From contig OZ024740.1 of assembly GCA_964016885.1 (NCBI GenBank), positions 397,482,001-397,546,000 of the forward strand: 64,000 nucleotides of DNA, given 5' to 3'. The notes beneath the pieces were generated by a model. The model had not been told where the DNA came from. It did not search any database and was given only the letters and a program-made list of their open reading frames with translations. Positions 63,524 through 64,000 of the stretch are shown here, one piece after another. The stretch's first letter is position 1; every line of letters starts with the position of its first letter. Position numbers and translations under genes: made by a program. Source of the stretch: Eledone cirrhosa. Lineage: Eukaryota.

Positions 63524-63627
63524 AGACACATGGAGTCATTATAGCTGTGATAGATGTCGCACATTCTCAAAGCCAGTCATGAAAAGACGTGAAGAGGAGA
63601 ATGATGTTTTTATTTCTTATTCTGAAG
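63524..63627 (+). CDS. YMR196W-like glycoside hydrolase, coding exon 5 (gene continues past the window)
   Basis: Splicing gives PQIWLR-DTWS, matching the recalled PQLWFRNTWSW motif. Boundaries TCATAG| and G|GTACTG. Confidence 0.85.
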
Positions 63628-63945
63628 GTACTGCCGCATTTTCATTTTTCATTTGAAAGAAATTCTGTATAGAAACATATTTCCAAACGAGATTCTGTAT
63701 AAAGTTATGGGAATCACCAATATTAAAAAAACTAGCTTAATTATTACTCTTACTCTTCTAACAGTTTCAGTCATTAGTCTGTGTCTATACTGGGGCACTG
63801 TCATAAATATATTTAGTCAATTATATCATTGGCCCAACACTCATTTTTTTTATGTCTGATATTTATTTTATCAATCTCCTTTTGTCAAAGTGTTAAATTA
63901 GAGGACATAAACTAAGAGACATGCATGGATGGAAGCACTCCTCTT

Positions 63946-63947
<2 letters not shown>

Positions 63948-64000
<53 letters not shown>
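63948..64000. repeat. (TA)n microsatellite
   Basis: Visible directly. Confidence 0.97.

Noticed and set aside
57888-63627. Bacterial or fungal contamination
   Set aside because: The gene is split by GT-AG introns filled with the same host SINEs and LINEs found across the window.

Overview
AT-rich, intron-rich animal genomic DNA with dense SINE, LINE and MITE content. The repeat types resemble those of octopod cephalopods, which is an inference from pattern only. Four protein-coding loci are supportable: (1) the first coding exon of an unidentified minus-strand gene with a Cys-rich N-terminus, missed by the ORF track (1942-2068); (2) a C1orf74/DUF4504 homologue (7832-8800), head-to-head with it; (3) a complete 8-coding-exon TTC29 gene (16135-31746, 456 aa, probably one GC-AG intron, upstream RFX X-box motifs); (4) the first five coding exons of a yeast YMR196W-like/GH63-type glycoside hydrolase gene (57888 onwards, running off the window). 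The rest is transposon debris: RTE LINEs with a PHD finger, RTE-BovB, CR1/L2-group, R4/Dong, CRE and Penelope fragments, Chapaev3 and Tc1/mariner transposase relics, MITEs, a Helitron-like end and several SINE families. The most unusual signals are structural: several local templated duplications (one a 269-bp near-perfect inverted copy), a filled/empty-site pair, a spacerless palindrome, two SINEs at one target site, and a reiterated CRE tail. I see no prokaryotic-type system such as CRISPR or a defence island. Family assignments come from recalled motifs, not database searches.
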